A stretch of DNA of 64,000 nucleotides from Caldisericaceae bacterium (GTDB lineage: Bacteria > Caldisericota > Caldisericia > Caldisericales > Caldisericaceae), in assembly GCA_049967855.1 (NCBI GenBank), contig JBMFRX010000002.1, forward strand, positions 1 through 64,000. Direction: 5' to 3'. The position numbers were made by a program, and so were the translations under genes. The notes under the pieces are model-generated. The model saw only the letters and a list, made by a program, of their open reading frames with translations, did no database searches and had not been told where the DNA came from. Each line of letters opens with the position of its first letter. The first letter of the stretch is position 1. Positions 18,272 to 26,339 of the stretch are shown one piece after another.

Positions 18272-18312
18272 TTCATTCACCTTCCTCTTTTAGATTTTTT
18301 ACTTCTAATTAA

Positions 18313-18339
18313 ATTATGTATAATTTGGAAATTTGTCAA
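18313..18339 (-). promoter_or_regulatory. Candidate promoter of the peptide genes
   Basis: TTGACA(18339-18334)-15 bp-CATAAT(18318-18313), ~40 nt upstream of the first peptide ATG. Confidence 0.5.
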
Positions 18340-18361
18340 TATCTTTTGCAGATAAAATTGG

Positions 18362-19390
18362 CTAATTCTTTTTCCTTGTAGCAAGCTGTCCACATGCTGC
18401 CGAAATCTCTGTACCTTTTGATTTTCTGAGAGTTGCTCTGATATTTTTGGAAAGCAAAAAACTCTGAAATTCTATTTCCCTTGGGGATGGTTCGAAGTTA
18501 GCAAAAGGCACTTTGTTATAGTGAATCAAATTTACCTTTGAAGATTTTAATTTACTCACAAATCTTACAAGTTCTTTGGCATCTGCAATTGAGTCATTAA
18601 AATCTTTTATAAGCAGGTATTCAAGAGTAACTGTATTCTTAGTTTTGGAAAAGTAATAGTTTATCGCACTTTCGAGCTTGATAAGGGTGTTTTCTTTTAA
18701 GCCAGGCATTATTTCATTTCTTTTTGCCTGGTTTGCGGAGTGCAATGAAATTGCAAGATTTACCTGACCAAGCTCATCAGAAAGTTGGTAGATTTTCTCG
18801 ACAACTCCTGAAGTAGAGATTGTGATTTTTCTCTTTCCGAAAGCCCTGCCATATTTATCTGTAATAATATTAATAGACTTCTTTAAGTTGTCATAATTTA
18901 GAAGTGGTTCACCCATTCCCATAAAAACTATGTTGTTAATTGGGTTTACGTTGTCTACCAAGAGGAACTCCTCTAAGATTTCGCCTGCAGCAAGATTTCT
19001 CAACAAGCCCATTTTTCCTGTGGCGCAGAACTTGCATCCCAGAGAACAGCCAACTTGCGAAGAAAGGCAAATAGTGTTCCTTTTATTGCCAAATTTGTTT
19101 TTCTCTCTTATAAGGACTGTTTCAATCAGCGAGGCGTCTTGTAATTTAAAAAGGTATTTTGTTGTGCCATCGTCTGAATTTATCGTATCAGTTGCCTCAA
19201 ACGCATAAATGTAAAATTCATTCTGCAAATGCGCTCTCAACGCCTTTGGCAAAGTTGAAATCTCTGAGAATGACGAGAGTTTTTCTTTGTATACTGCATT
19301 AAATATTTCTCTTGCCCTGAAGGCTTTTTCTCCAACTGATACAAAATAGTGTTCCAATTCTGTTAGTGTAAAATCCTTAATATCTTGCAT
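18362..19390 (-). CDS. rlmN: Dual-specificity RNA methyltransferase RlmN
   Basis: CLSSQVGCSLGCKFCATG radical-SAM motif, MGMGEP, ISLH, AACGQL. Confidence 0.95.
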   Translation of the reverse strand: MQDIKDFTLTELEHYFVSVGEKAFRAREIFNAVYKEKLSSFSEISTLPKALRAHLQNEFYIYAFEATDTINSDDGTTKYLFKLQDASLIETVLIREKNKFGNKRNTICLSSQVGCSLGCKFCATGKMGLLRNLAAGEILEEFLLVDNVNPINNIVFMGMGEPLLNYDNLKKSINIITDKYGRAFGKRKITISTSGVVEKIYQLSDELGQVNLAISLHSANQAKRNEIMPGLKENTLIKLESAINYYFSKTKNTVTLEYLLIKDFNDSIADAKELVRFVSKLKSSKVNLIHYNKVPFANFEPSPREIEFQSFLLSKNIRATLRKSKGTEISAACGQLATRKKN

Positions 19391-19469
19391 CTTCCACCAC
19401 CTATCCTATATTATACTTACATTCACAGAAAACTCTCTTGACTTTTTATAGATTATGCCAAAAAACATC

Positions 19470-19497
19470 TTGACAGCGAATCGAAAATGTATAAAAT
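19470..19497 (+). promoter_or_regulatory. sigma70-type promoter of the catabolic cluster
   Basis: TTGACA-16 bp-TAAAAT; GGGAGG RBS before the ATG at 19533. Confidence 0.65.
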
Positions 19498-19532
19498 AAT
19501 AACATATTTCACGAAAGGGAGGCAGTAAAAAA

Positions 19533-20261
19533 ATGAAGAAACAACCACCAGTAAAGGTTTCACAAAGTGAAGTGGTGTTTAAGGTTGAGGAAATCGAGCC
19601 GATCCTTAGTGGCCCGTCAATGGACATCCCTCATTGGAGTCCTATGTACATCACGCTCCCAAAGAGCGGTAAAACAATGGTTATTAGGGAATTACGTACC
19701 GAAGAGATTCCCCTTTTGATGCCAGCAGTTAAACAACTTATCGATGTCGACCATGATTTTTATGACATCGTTGGAGTAAGAGTTCTTGCAGAGCTTCTTG
19801 GACAGTACAGAAACAGGCTTAAAGATCCATATTCTCTTGTTGGAATTGTTGATGGAGAAATTGCAGCTTTTGCAAATGGAAGGCTAATGAACAAAGATAT
19901 CAATATCAGCCTTCATACTCTTTCGTTTATGAGGGGAATGAATGCCGGTGCAGTAATGTACTACGCAAAGTGCTATTACACTTTTGAAATTCTCGGACAG
20001 AATGAATTCTGGGCAACTTACGAAAGCTACAATGGTTGGAAGAGATGGGGAGTTGGGATGGCACAGCCATCTTACCCATGGCCTGACGTGCAGCATGAGC
20101 TAGGCGGTGCAAGGGTTTACTACGTAACAAAAGAGTATTGGAAGACAACAGTTAAAAGGTATCTTGAGGATATGGTTGGCGCTCAACTTATGAGTCCTGT
20201 TCCTGAAGATTTGTTGAAAAAGTCACAGACGTTCAAAGCACCTGAAACAGTAGAAGTGTAG
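19533..20261 (+). CDS. Hypothetical protein, possibly GNAT-like fold
   Basis: Clean 242-aa ORF with RBS; 'MVIRELRTEEI', 'LVGIVDGEIAAFA' and 'MRGMNAG' recall GNAT strands and motif A. Confidence 0.55.
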   Translation: MKKQPPVKVSQSEVVFKVEEIEPILSGPSMDIPHWSPMYITLPKSGKTMVIRELRTEEIPLLMPAVKQLIDVDHDFYDIVGVRVLAELLGQYRNRLKDPYSLVGIVDGEIAAFANGRLMNKDINISLHTLSFMRGMNAGAVMYYAKCYYTFEILGQNEFWATYESYNGWKRWGVGMAQPSYPWPDVQHELGGARVYYVTKEYWKTTVKRYLEDMVGAQLMSPVPEDLLKKSQTFKAPETVEV

Positions 20262-20275
20262 TTTTAAATTAACAG

Positions 20276-20312
20276 GCACCCCCAACTTTTGTTTGGGGGT
20301 GTTACTCTTTTT
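20276..20312 (+). terminator. Stem-loop / partial terminator after the first gene of the cluster
   Basis: CACCCCCAA...TTGGGGGTG stem followed by TACTCTTTTT. Confidence 0.5.
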
Positions 20313-20328
20313 AGAGGAAGGCGAAATA

Positions 20329-21156
20329 ATGGGGATGGTAGCAGTTTCTGTTGGTGATTGTGTTAACCTGAACGTGCTTCAGGGTAGAGTGCACACTGCC
20401 TTCAGAGAAGTTTTGAACTGTGAGATTGACAATAGTATTGTCTCTATAGTCACGCCCTCTATTGGTTCTGGTCCTAACAACATTGTAGTAAACAGGGATG
20501 ATTTTGATTCTTTTGGCGACGTTCAGAGCAATTTTGATTTCAGTTCCATTAACTTCAACGGTGCGAAAGTATTTGATTCGAGGATTGCTTTGAGCAATTT
20601 TGATTATCAGGAGTTCCTATCAAACCTAAATTTGTTTGAACGAATTGTCATAAAAGAAGGTTCTCCTTTAAGTTGTGCTTTCATACTGGATAAAAGAAGG
20701 AACAATTTTTTCATAACTCCTTTCGAAAGAAATCTTAGAGACCGTTTAAGAGATTCTTATCACAAATTTATGAGTGGTTCAATTGAGGAAGTTAATAACT
20801 TGAAAGGTGTGGGATATGGGCTTACGCCACAGGGAGACGATCTTATAAGTGGAACTCTTGTTGCAATTTATATGTACGGACTAGTTAAGCAGATTGATAC
20901 TGACAAAATTAGGAATGAAATTTATAACCTTGCAAAGGGTGAAAATGAAATTTCCAATACTTTTCTATTTTATGCATCTCAGGGTAGAGTCTACGAGAAG
21001 TTTAAAAACCTTCTTGAAGCTCTGATTAGTGACAGAAATAAAATTTACTCTTCGGCCATGAGGTTTCTTGATATTGGAGAAACTTCAGGTGCAGACTTGT
21101 CCACGGGATTTATTATTTCCATGAAGAAACTTTTTGAAGGAGGTTTACCATGGTAG
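20329..21156 (+). CDS. DUF2877/YlbF-like protein (oxamate carbamoyltransferase subunit-like)
   Basis: G.G.GLTPQGDD..G and IGETSGAD motifs; ATG at 20329 follows GAGGAAGG. Confidence 0.75.
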   Translation: MGMVAVSVGDCVNLNVLQGRVHTAFREVLNCEIDNSIVSIVTPSIGSGPNNIVVNRDDFDSFGDVQSNFDFSSINFNGAKVFDSRIALSNFDYQEFLSNLNLFERIVIKEGSPLSCAFILDKRRNNFFITPFERNLRDRLRDSYHKFMSGSIEEVNNLKGVGYGLTPQGDDLISGTLVAIYMYGLVKQIDTDKIRNEIYNLAKGENEISNTFLFYASQGRVYEKFKNLLEALISDRNKIYSSAMRFLDIGETSGADLSTGFIISMKKLFEGGLPW

Positions 21157-22706
21157 TAAAAGGAATTATAAAGAAAGGCGAGTATTTTGACTCAGTTACT
21201 CTGATGCTTGTAGCTCGCGATGCCTCTAAAATTGACGGTGTGGTTGATGCTACAATTGTTATGGGTACAGCTCAAAACAAATCGATTCTTGAAATGTCAG
21301 ATATGCTTCTTGACGAATTCAAGAATACTTCTGATAATGACTTGGTAATTGTAGTTAAGGCAAATGATGAGAAGTCAGCTGAAGAAGGGCTTAAAAAGAC
21401 TGAAGAGCTTCTTGAAAAAAGCAGGCAGAAAACGAATGAGTCTTCTGAATATATGCCCAAGAGCATTGAAAGTGCTCTTAAGGTGCTGCCAGGAGCAAAT
21501 ATGGTTATTATATCAGTGGCTGGTAAATATGCAGCAGAGGAAGCAATGAAAGCTCTCCAGCACGACTTACACGTAATGATATTTTCTGACAATGTCCCCA
21601 AGGAAAAAGCTTTAGAAGTTAAAAAACTTGGGTATGAGAAAGGCTTACTTGTGATGGGACCAGATTGCGGTACAGCTATTATTAATGGTGCACCACTTGG
21701 ATTTGCAAATGTTGTGAATCGTGGAGACATTGGTATTGTCTCTGCTGCAGGGACTGGTTTGCAAGAAGTTTCTTCGATAATCTCTAATGAAGGTGGCGGT
21801 ATTTCACAGGCAATTGGAACTGGCGGAATTGACATGAAAAAAGACTACGGTGGACTTTCATTTTTAACTGGCTTAAAGGCTCTAATTGCAGATCCTCAAA
21901 CAAAAATCATAACGCTTGTGTCAAAACCACCGCATCCAGATGTACTCGCTCGAATTGGCGAGGTTTTAAAAAGCAACCAGAAGCCTGTGGTTGCAGCGCT
22001 GCTTGGGGCAGATCCTTCTCTTGTTAAGAGTATTGGTGCTATTCCTGCATCAACCCTTGAAGAAGCAGCCTTGCTCTCTGTAAGTATTTCTAAAGGGATA
22101 TCAATGGATCAATTTAACAAAGAGATAGAAGACAGTGAAACCAATCTTAAAGAACTTGCAAAAGACCTTTCAAAGAAGCTAAACCCAGAGCAAAGGTATT
22201 TCAGAGGTTTATTCCAGGGTGGTACGCTTGCTTATGAGACTCAGGTTATACTCAAAGATATGATTGGCAGTATTAATTCAAATGTGCCTCTTTCTCCCGA
22301 ACTGAAATTGGCTGACTCCTGGAGGAGCGTTGGGCATACAGTAGTAGACCTTGGTGAGGATGAATTTACTGTTGGGCGTCCTCATCCTCAAATTGATTTT
22401 GCTTTAAGAAACAAGAGAATTCTTGACGAGGCTCATGATAAGAACGTTGCCATAATATACCTTGATGTTGTAATTGGCCACGGAACTAATTTGAATCCAG
22501 GAGAAGAGCTGGCCCCAGTTATTGCGGATGCAAAGAAGATAAGCAATGCTCTTATTATTGTTAATGTTACTGGCACTGATAGAGATCCACAGAATAAGAG
22601 CAAAATCATTCAAATGTACAAAGAGGCAGGAGCAGTAGTGCTAGAGAGAAATGCTTCTGCAACACGACTTGCAGGCTATATTCTTCAAGATGTAGGAGGT
22701 AAATAA
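21150..22706 (+). CDS. fdrA: FdrA acyl-CoA-synthetase-like protein (oxamate carbamoyltransferase subunit-like)
   Basis: YFDSVTLM, FSDNV, MGPDCGTA, AAGTGLQE, SKPP, GGTL, DLG.DEFTVGRPHP.ID. Confidence 0.9.
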   Translation: MVVKGIIKKGEYFDSVTLMLVARDASKIDGVVDATIVMGTAQNKSILEMSDMLLDEFKNTSDNDLVIVVKANDEKSAEEGLKKTEELLEKSRQKTNESSEYMPKSIESALKVLPGANMVIISVAGKYAAEEAMKALQHDLHVMIFSDNVPKEKALEVKKLGYEKGLLVMGPDCGTAIINGAPLGFANVVNRGDIGIVSAAGTGLQEVSSIISNEGGGISQAIGTGGIDMKKDYGGLSFLTGLKALIADPQTKIITLVSKPPHPDVLARIGEVLKSNQKPVVAALLGADPSLVKSIGAIPASTLEEAALLSVSISKGISMDQFNKEIEDSETNLKELAKDLSKKLNPEQRYFRGLFQGGTLAYETQVILKDMIGSINSNVPLSPELKLADSWRSVGHTVVDLGEDEFTVGRPHPQIDFALRNKRILDEAHDKNVAIIYLDVVIGHGTNLNPGEELAPVIADAKKISNALIIVNVTGTDRDPQNKSKIIQMYKEAGAVVLERNASATRLAGYILQDVGGK

Positions 22707-24133
22707 TGAAAACTCTTGAGCTTTTTAATTCCGAACTTAAAGTAATAAACGTCGGACTGAATTCATTTAAAGAGAGTCTCGAGGCTGAAGGTTTCAAGGT
22801 TGTTCAGGTTGATTGGCGACCACCTGCAGGAGGAGATGAAGAGGTAATAGAGGCTCTCAGTAAGATTACTATGTTGCAAGCTTCAGGTAAAACCGATATT
22901 GACAAAGCTAACAAAGAGGCTTACAGAAGACTTGTCTCTGCAACGCCAAGATTGGTTGGAATGGGTAAAGCGATTGATGTTGTTCCTGGAATGAAAAAGA
23001 ATATGCTGCTTCATGCAGGTCCCCCTATTGGCTGGGACAGAATGTGTGGTCCAATGAGAGGTGGTGTAATTGCCGCTCTTATGTATGAGGGATGGGCTAA
23101 GGATAAAGAAGAGGCAGAAAAAATCGCTGCATCTGGTCAAATTGAATTTTCACCCTGTCATCATCACCAGGCGGTAGGCCCAATGGCAGGTATCGTATCT
23201 CCGTCAATGCCTGTTTATATAATCGAAAATACAGCTTTTGGTAACAAGGCGTACGCCACAATGAACGAGGGTCTTGGTAAAGTGTTGAGGATGGGTGCAT
23301 ATTCACCCGATGTAATAGAAAGATTAAAGTGGATGGAAGAAGTTCTTTATCCTACGCTTGATAAAGCCATTAAGTATTTAGGCGGCATAGACACTAAGAA
23401 TATTATTGCCCAGGCATTGCATATGGGTGATGAGGTACACAATCGAAATAGAGCAGCAACCTCGCTTCTTTATAGAGCAATTGCGCCTGCTATTGTCCGC
23501 ACCAGCAACGACGCAGTGACAATTGAAAAAGTTCTCAAATTCATTGATGGAAATGATCATACATTCCTTAATTTGTCTATGGCTACTGCGAAAGCGAGCC
23601 TTGACCCTGCAAGAAACATAGAGGGCAGCACAATGGTTGTTTGTTTGGCTCGCAATGGGACTGACTTTGGCATTCAGGTTTCTGGACTTGGTGATGAATG
23701 GTTTACAACACCTGCAACAGTTCCACCCAATGCGCTTTATTTTGCAGGTTTTACAAAAGAGGATGCAAATCCTGACATTGGTGACAGTTCAATTACAGAA
23801 ACTGCAGGCCTGGGAGGGTTTGCAATTGGTGCCGCGCCTGCCATTGTCCAATTTACAGGTGGAACACCTCAAGATGCTTTGAACAAGACAATTTCGATGT
23901 ACGAAATTACTATTGGAGAGAACACTGCCTATCAGATTCCCTACCTAAATTTTAGGGGTACTCCTACAGCTATTGATGCAAGACTGGTCGTTGAGAAAGG
24001 ACTACCACCTTTTATTGATACAGGTATAGCCCATAAGGATGCAGGTGTAGGTCAAGTTGGGGCAGGCCTTGTAGATGCCCCTATGGAAGTATTTAAAAAG
24101 GCTGTAATAGCTTTTTCAAAAAAATATTCATAG
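22706..24133 (+). CDS. DUF1116/YlbE-like protein (oxamate carbamoyltransferase subunit-like)
   Basis: VDWRPPAGG, LHAGPP, PCHH..AVGPMAG, NEGLGKVLR, MGDEVHNRN, NPDIGDSSITE, TGIAHK. Confidence 0.88.
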   Translation: MKTLELFNSELKVINVGLNSFKESLEAEGFKVVQVDWRPPAGGDEEVIEALSKITMLQASGKTDIDKANKEAYRRLVSATPRLVGMGKAIDVVPGMKKNMLLHAGPPIGWDRMCGPMRGGVIAALMYEGWAKDKEEAEKIAASGQIEFSPCHHHQAVGPMAGIVSPSMPVYIIENTAFGNKAYATMNEGLGKVLRMGAYSPDVIERLKWMEEVLYPTLDKAIKYLGGIDTKNIIAQALHMGDEVHNRNRAATSLLYRAIAPAIVRTSNDAVTIEKVLKFIDGNDHTFLNLSMATAKASLDPARNIEGSTMVVCLARNGTDFGIQVSGLGDEWFTTPATVPPNALYFAGFTKEDANPDIGDSSITETAGLGGFAIGAAPAIVQFTGGTPQDALNKTISMYEITIGENTAYQIPYLNFRGTPTAIDARLVVEKGLPPFIDTGIAHKDAGVGQVGAGLVDAPMEVFKKAVIAFSKKYS

Positions 24134-24147
24134 AAAGGGAGGTTTTT

Positions 24148-24963
24148 ATGAACGCAGAAGAATTTATCAGGTTTATGACTCAAGATGTAAAGATGTATGA
24201 CCTTACTCAGCCTTTGAGTATCCATACACCTCCATGGCCAAGCTATATGCCGCTTGGTCTTCAGTATTTCAAGCGAATTGCTGGAGCGCATATGGGACAA
24301 GGAGCAAATGGCCAAATTATCACTTCAAGCAATCATGTAGGGACACATATGGATGGAGAAATCCATTTCTACAGTGCCGGAAGGCCTATCGGGCAAGTTC
24401 CACTGCCTGAATGGGTTGGTCCTGGTGTAATTGTTGATATTTCTGATGAGGTTGAAGACTATGGCCTTTACACCCCAGAAATGCTTATGAAAAAAGCTGA
24501 AATTCATCCTGGCGACATTCTTATCATTAACACAGGTTATCACAAGTATGCATGGTATGAGAAGGAATGTGATGAAGTAAGGTATATGGTGAAACACCCT
24601 GGACCAAGCCCAGAATTTCCTCAGTGGGCATTGGATATGAAATTCAAATGGATTGGCGTTGACTGTGGCAGTGCAGACCATCCTATGAATACTATCCTTA
24701 GAAATTGGCATCCTAACCTTTTCATAGAGGCTGATAAGAAGCTCAAAGAGAAATACGGAAAGTCATGGGACGAAATGTTCCCACCCGAAGAGTTCTATCA
24801 GGTAATGCACCTTAAACTGTTCCCCAAAGGTCTCGTTCATGCCGAAAACATTGGCGGAGACATTGATAAGCTTAGCAACAAGAGGGTTTATATGGGTGCG
24901 TTCAACGTTAAAGGCATTGAAATGGAGTCTGCTTGGACTAGAATTGTTGCATGGGCTCCGTAA
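24148..24963 (+). CDS. Cyclase-family (kynurenine formamidase/KynB-like) metal-dependent amidohydrolase
   Basis: HVGTHMDG..H metal motif, IGVD..S.D, ENI. Confidence 0.85.
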   Translation: MNAEEFIRFMTQDVKMYDLTQPLSIHTPPWPSYMPLGLQYFKRIAGAHMGQGANGQIITSSNHVGTHMDGEIHFYSAGRPIGQVPLPEWVGPGVIVDISDEVEDYGLYTPEMLMKKAEIHPGDILIINTGYHKYAWYEKECDEVRYMVKHPGPSPEFPQWALDMKFKWIGVDCGSADHPMNTILRNWHPNLFIEADKKLKEKYGKSWDEMFPPEEFYQVMHLKLFPKGLVHAENIGGDIDKLSNKRVYMGAFNVKGIEMESAWTRIVAWAP

Positions 24964-24972
24964 AGAGGCAAG

Positions 24973-25854
24973 ATGAAGACTTTTGAATATTTCAAGCCAT
25001 CAACGCTAAGTGAAGCATTTGAGATGTACGGGAGGTTTGGAAGTGGTGCAAAGCTTTTGATGGGAGGAACAGACCTTACCGTAATGATTGACGACGGCTT
25101 GGTTGCCCCTGACTACCTCATTGATCTCAAAGGAATAAAAGAGTTCAAAAGCATCGAAGTGAAAGAAGGCTATGTTGAGATTGGGGCGAATGTTACATTC
25201 ACTGAACTAATTGAGTCACCTATCATCAGGGAGAAAATTCCGGTGCTCTGGGAAGCCTCAAGAACTGTAGCATCAACTGGCGTCAGAAATAGAGCGACTC
25301 TCGTTGGCAATATCTGTTCTGCTGTTCCATCTGCTGATTCTGCTCCTGCTCTTCTTGTTCTTAAGGCTTTGGTTGACGTCCAAAACAACTCAGGAACAAA
25401 AGAAGTTCCTATTGAAGAGTTTTTTGTTGGACCAAGGAAGACAGTACTTTCAGTGGGAGATGTTGTAACAAAAATAAGAATCCCTGTTAATACCGGGAGA
25501 TTTGGTTCAAGTTATATAAAAATGGGACGTTATGATGGTGAAGATCTTGCTCAAGTCGGAGTTGCAACATTTGTTAATGAAACAGGCGATGTAAGAGTAG
25601 CTTTTGGTGCTGTTGCTCCAAAACCTGTCAGAGCCTATGAAGCCGAAGAGTTTTTAAGGGGCAAGGCTCTAACTGAAGAACTTCTTGATGAGGTTATTCC
25701 TCTTGCAATGAAATCTATTTCTCCGATTTCTGATGTAAGAGCAAGCAAAGAATATAGGCTACATATTAGCGGAGTGCTTCTTAAAAGGTCACTCAGAGCA
25801 TCTCTTTCAAGGCTCCAGGGTAAAGGGCCTGAATACGGCGTAAGCCTTGTTTAG
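24973..25854 (+). CDS. Xanthine dehydrogenase-family FAD subunit
   Basis: YFKPSTL.EA, GGTDL, RNRATLVGN, ISPISDVRAS.EYR. Confidence 0.92.
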   Translation: MKTFEYFKPSTLSEAFEMYGRFGSGAKLLMGGTDLTVMIDDGLVAPDYLIDLKGIKEFKSIEVKEGYVEIGANVTFTELIESPIIREKIPVLWEASRTVASTGVRNRATLVGNICSAVPSADSAPALLVLKALVDVQNNSGTKEVPIEEFFVGPRKTVLSVGDVVTKIRIPVNTGRFGSSYIKMGRYDGEDLAQVGVATFVNETGDVRVAFGAVAPKPVRAYEAEEFLRGKALTEELLDEVIPLAMKSISPISDVRASKEYRLHISGVLLKRSLRASLSRLQGKGPEYGVSLV

Positions 25855-25868
25855 GGAAAGGTGGTAAT

Positions 25869-26330
25869 ATGAAAAAGGAAATTACATTCAAACTTAATGG
25901 CTACGATACTACAGTTGCCGTAGAACCTTACGAAAAGTTGCTTGATGTCCTTAGGGATAAACTTGGAGTGAGAAGCCCGAAGTATGGTTGTGGAAGAGGA
26001 GAATGTGGTGCCTGTTCAGTTTTATTGAATGGCAAAAGCGTTAGAACTTGCATTATGTATGCTGTTGAGGCAGATGGTCAGGACATAGTGACGGTTGAGG
26101 GATTAGAGAAAGGTGGAATTACTCCATTACAGCAGTCTTTTCTTGCTCATAATTCATTCCAGTGTGGCTTTTGTGCACCAGGAATGACTATTTCTGCAAC
26201 CGAGCTCTTAACAAAGAATCCTCACCCGAGTGAAGAGGAAATTAGAGAAGCAATTGCAGGCAACCTGTGCAGATGCACCGGGTATAAGAGCATTGTTGAT
26301 GCAATTGTTGATGTAGCCAAAAAGGCGTAG
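25869..26330 (+). CDS. Xanthine dehydrogenase-family 2x[2Fe-2S] subunit
   Basis: GCGRGECGAC..C and QCGFC..CRCTGY. Confidence 0.95.
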   Translation: MKKEITFKLNGYDTTVAVEPYEKLLDVLRDKLGVRSPKYGCGRGECGACSVLLNGKSVRTCIMYAVEADGQDIVTVEGLEKGGITPLQQSFLAHNSFQCGFCAPGMTISATELLTKNPHPSEEEIREAIAGNLCRCTGYKSIVDAIVDVAKKA

Positions 26331-26339
26331 GAGGGCAAA

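Larger units (their letters stand above)
18046..18306. repeat. 120-bp direct tandem repeat (2 full copies plus a partial third), each full copy holding an RBS and a peptide ORF
   Basis: 18061-18166 is identical to 18181-18286; the TTTTAGATTTTT(T)ACTTCT junction occurs three times (~18048, ~18168, ~18288). Confidence 0.95.

Noticed and set aside
18046..18306. CRISPR array or type I toxin-antitoxin reading of the tandem repeat
   Set aside because: The units are identical with no unique spacers and there are no cas genes. A type I toxin is not excluded, but I see no antisense promoter/terminator or long structured leader, and the signal-peptide layout and receptor context fit a precursor better.
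20293..20328. TTG start at 20293 for the DUF2877 gene
   Set aside because: It lies inside a hairpin with no SD; the ATG at 20329 follows GAGGAAGG.
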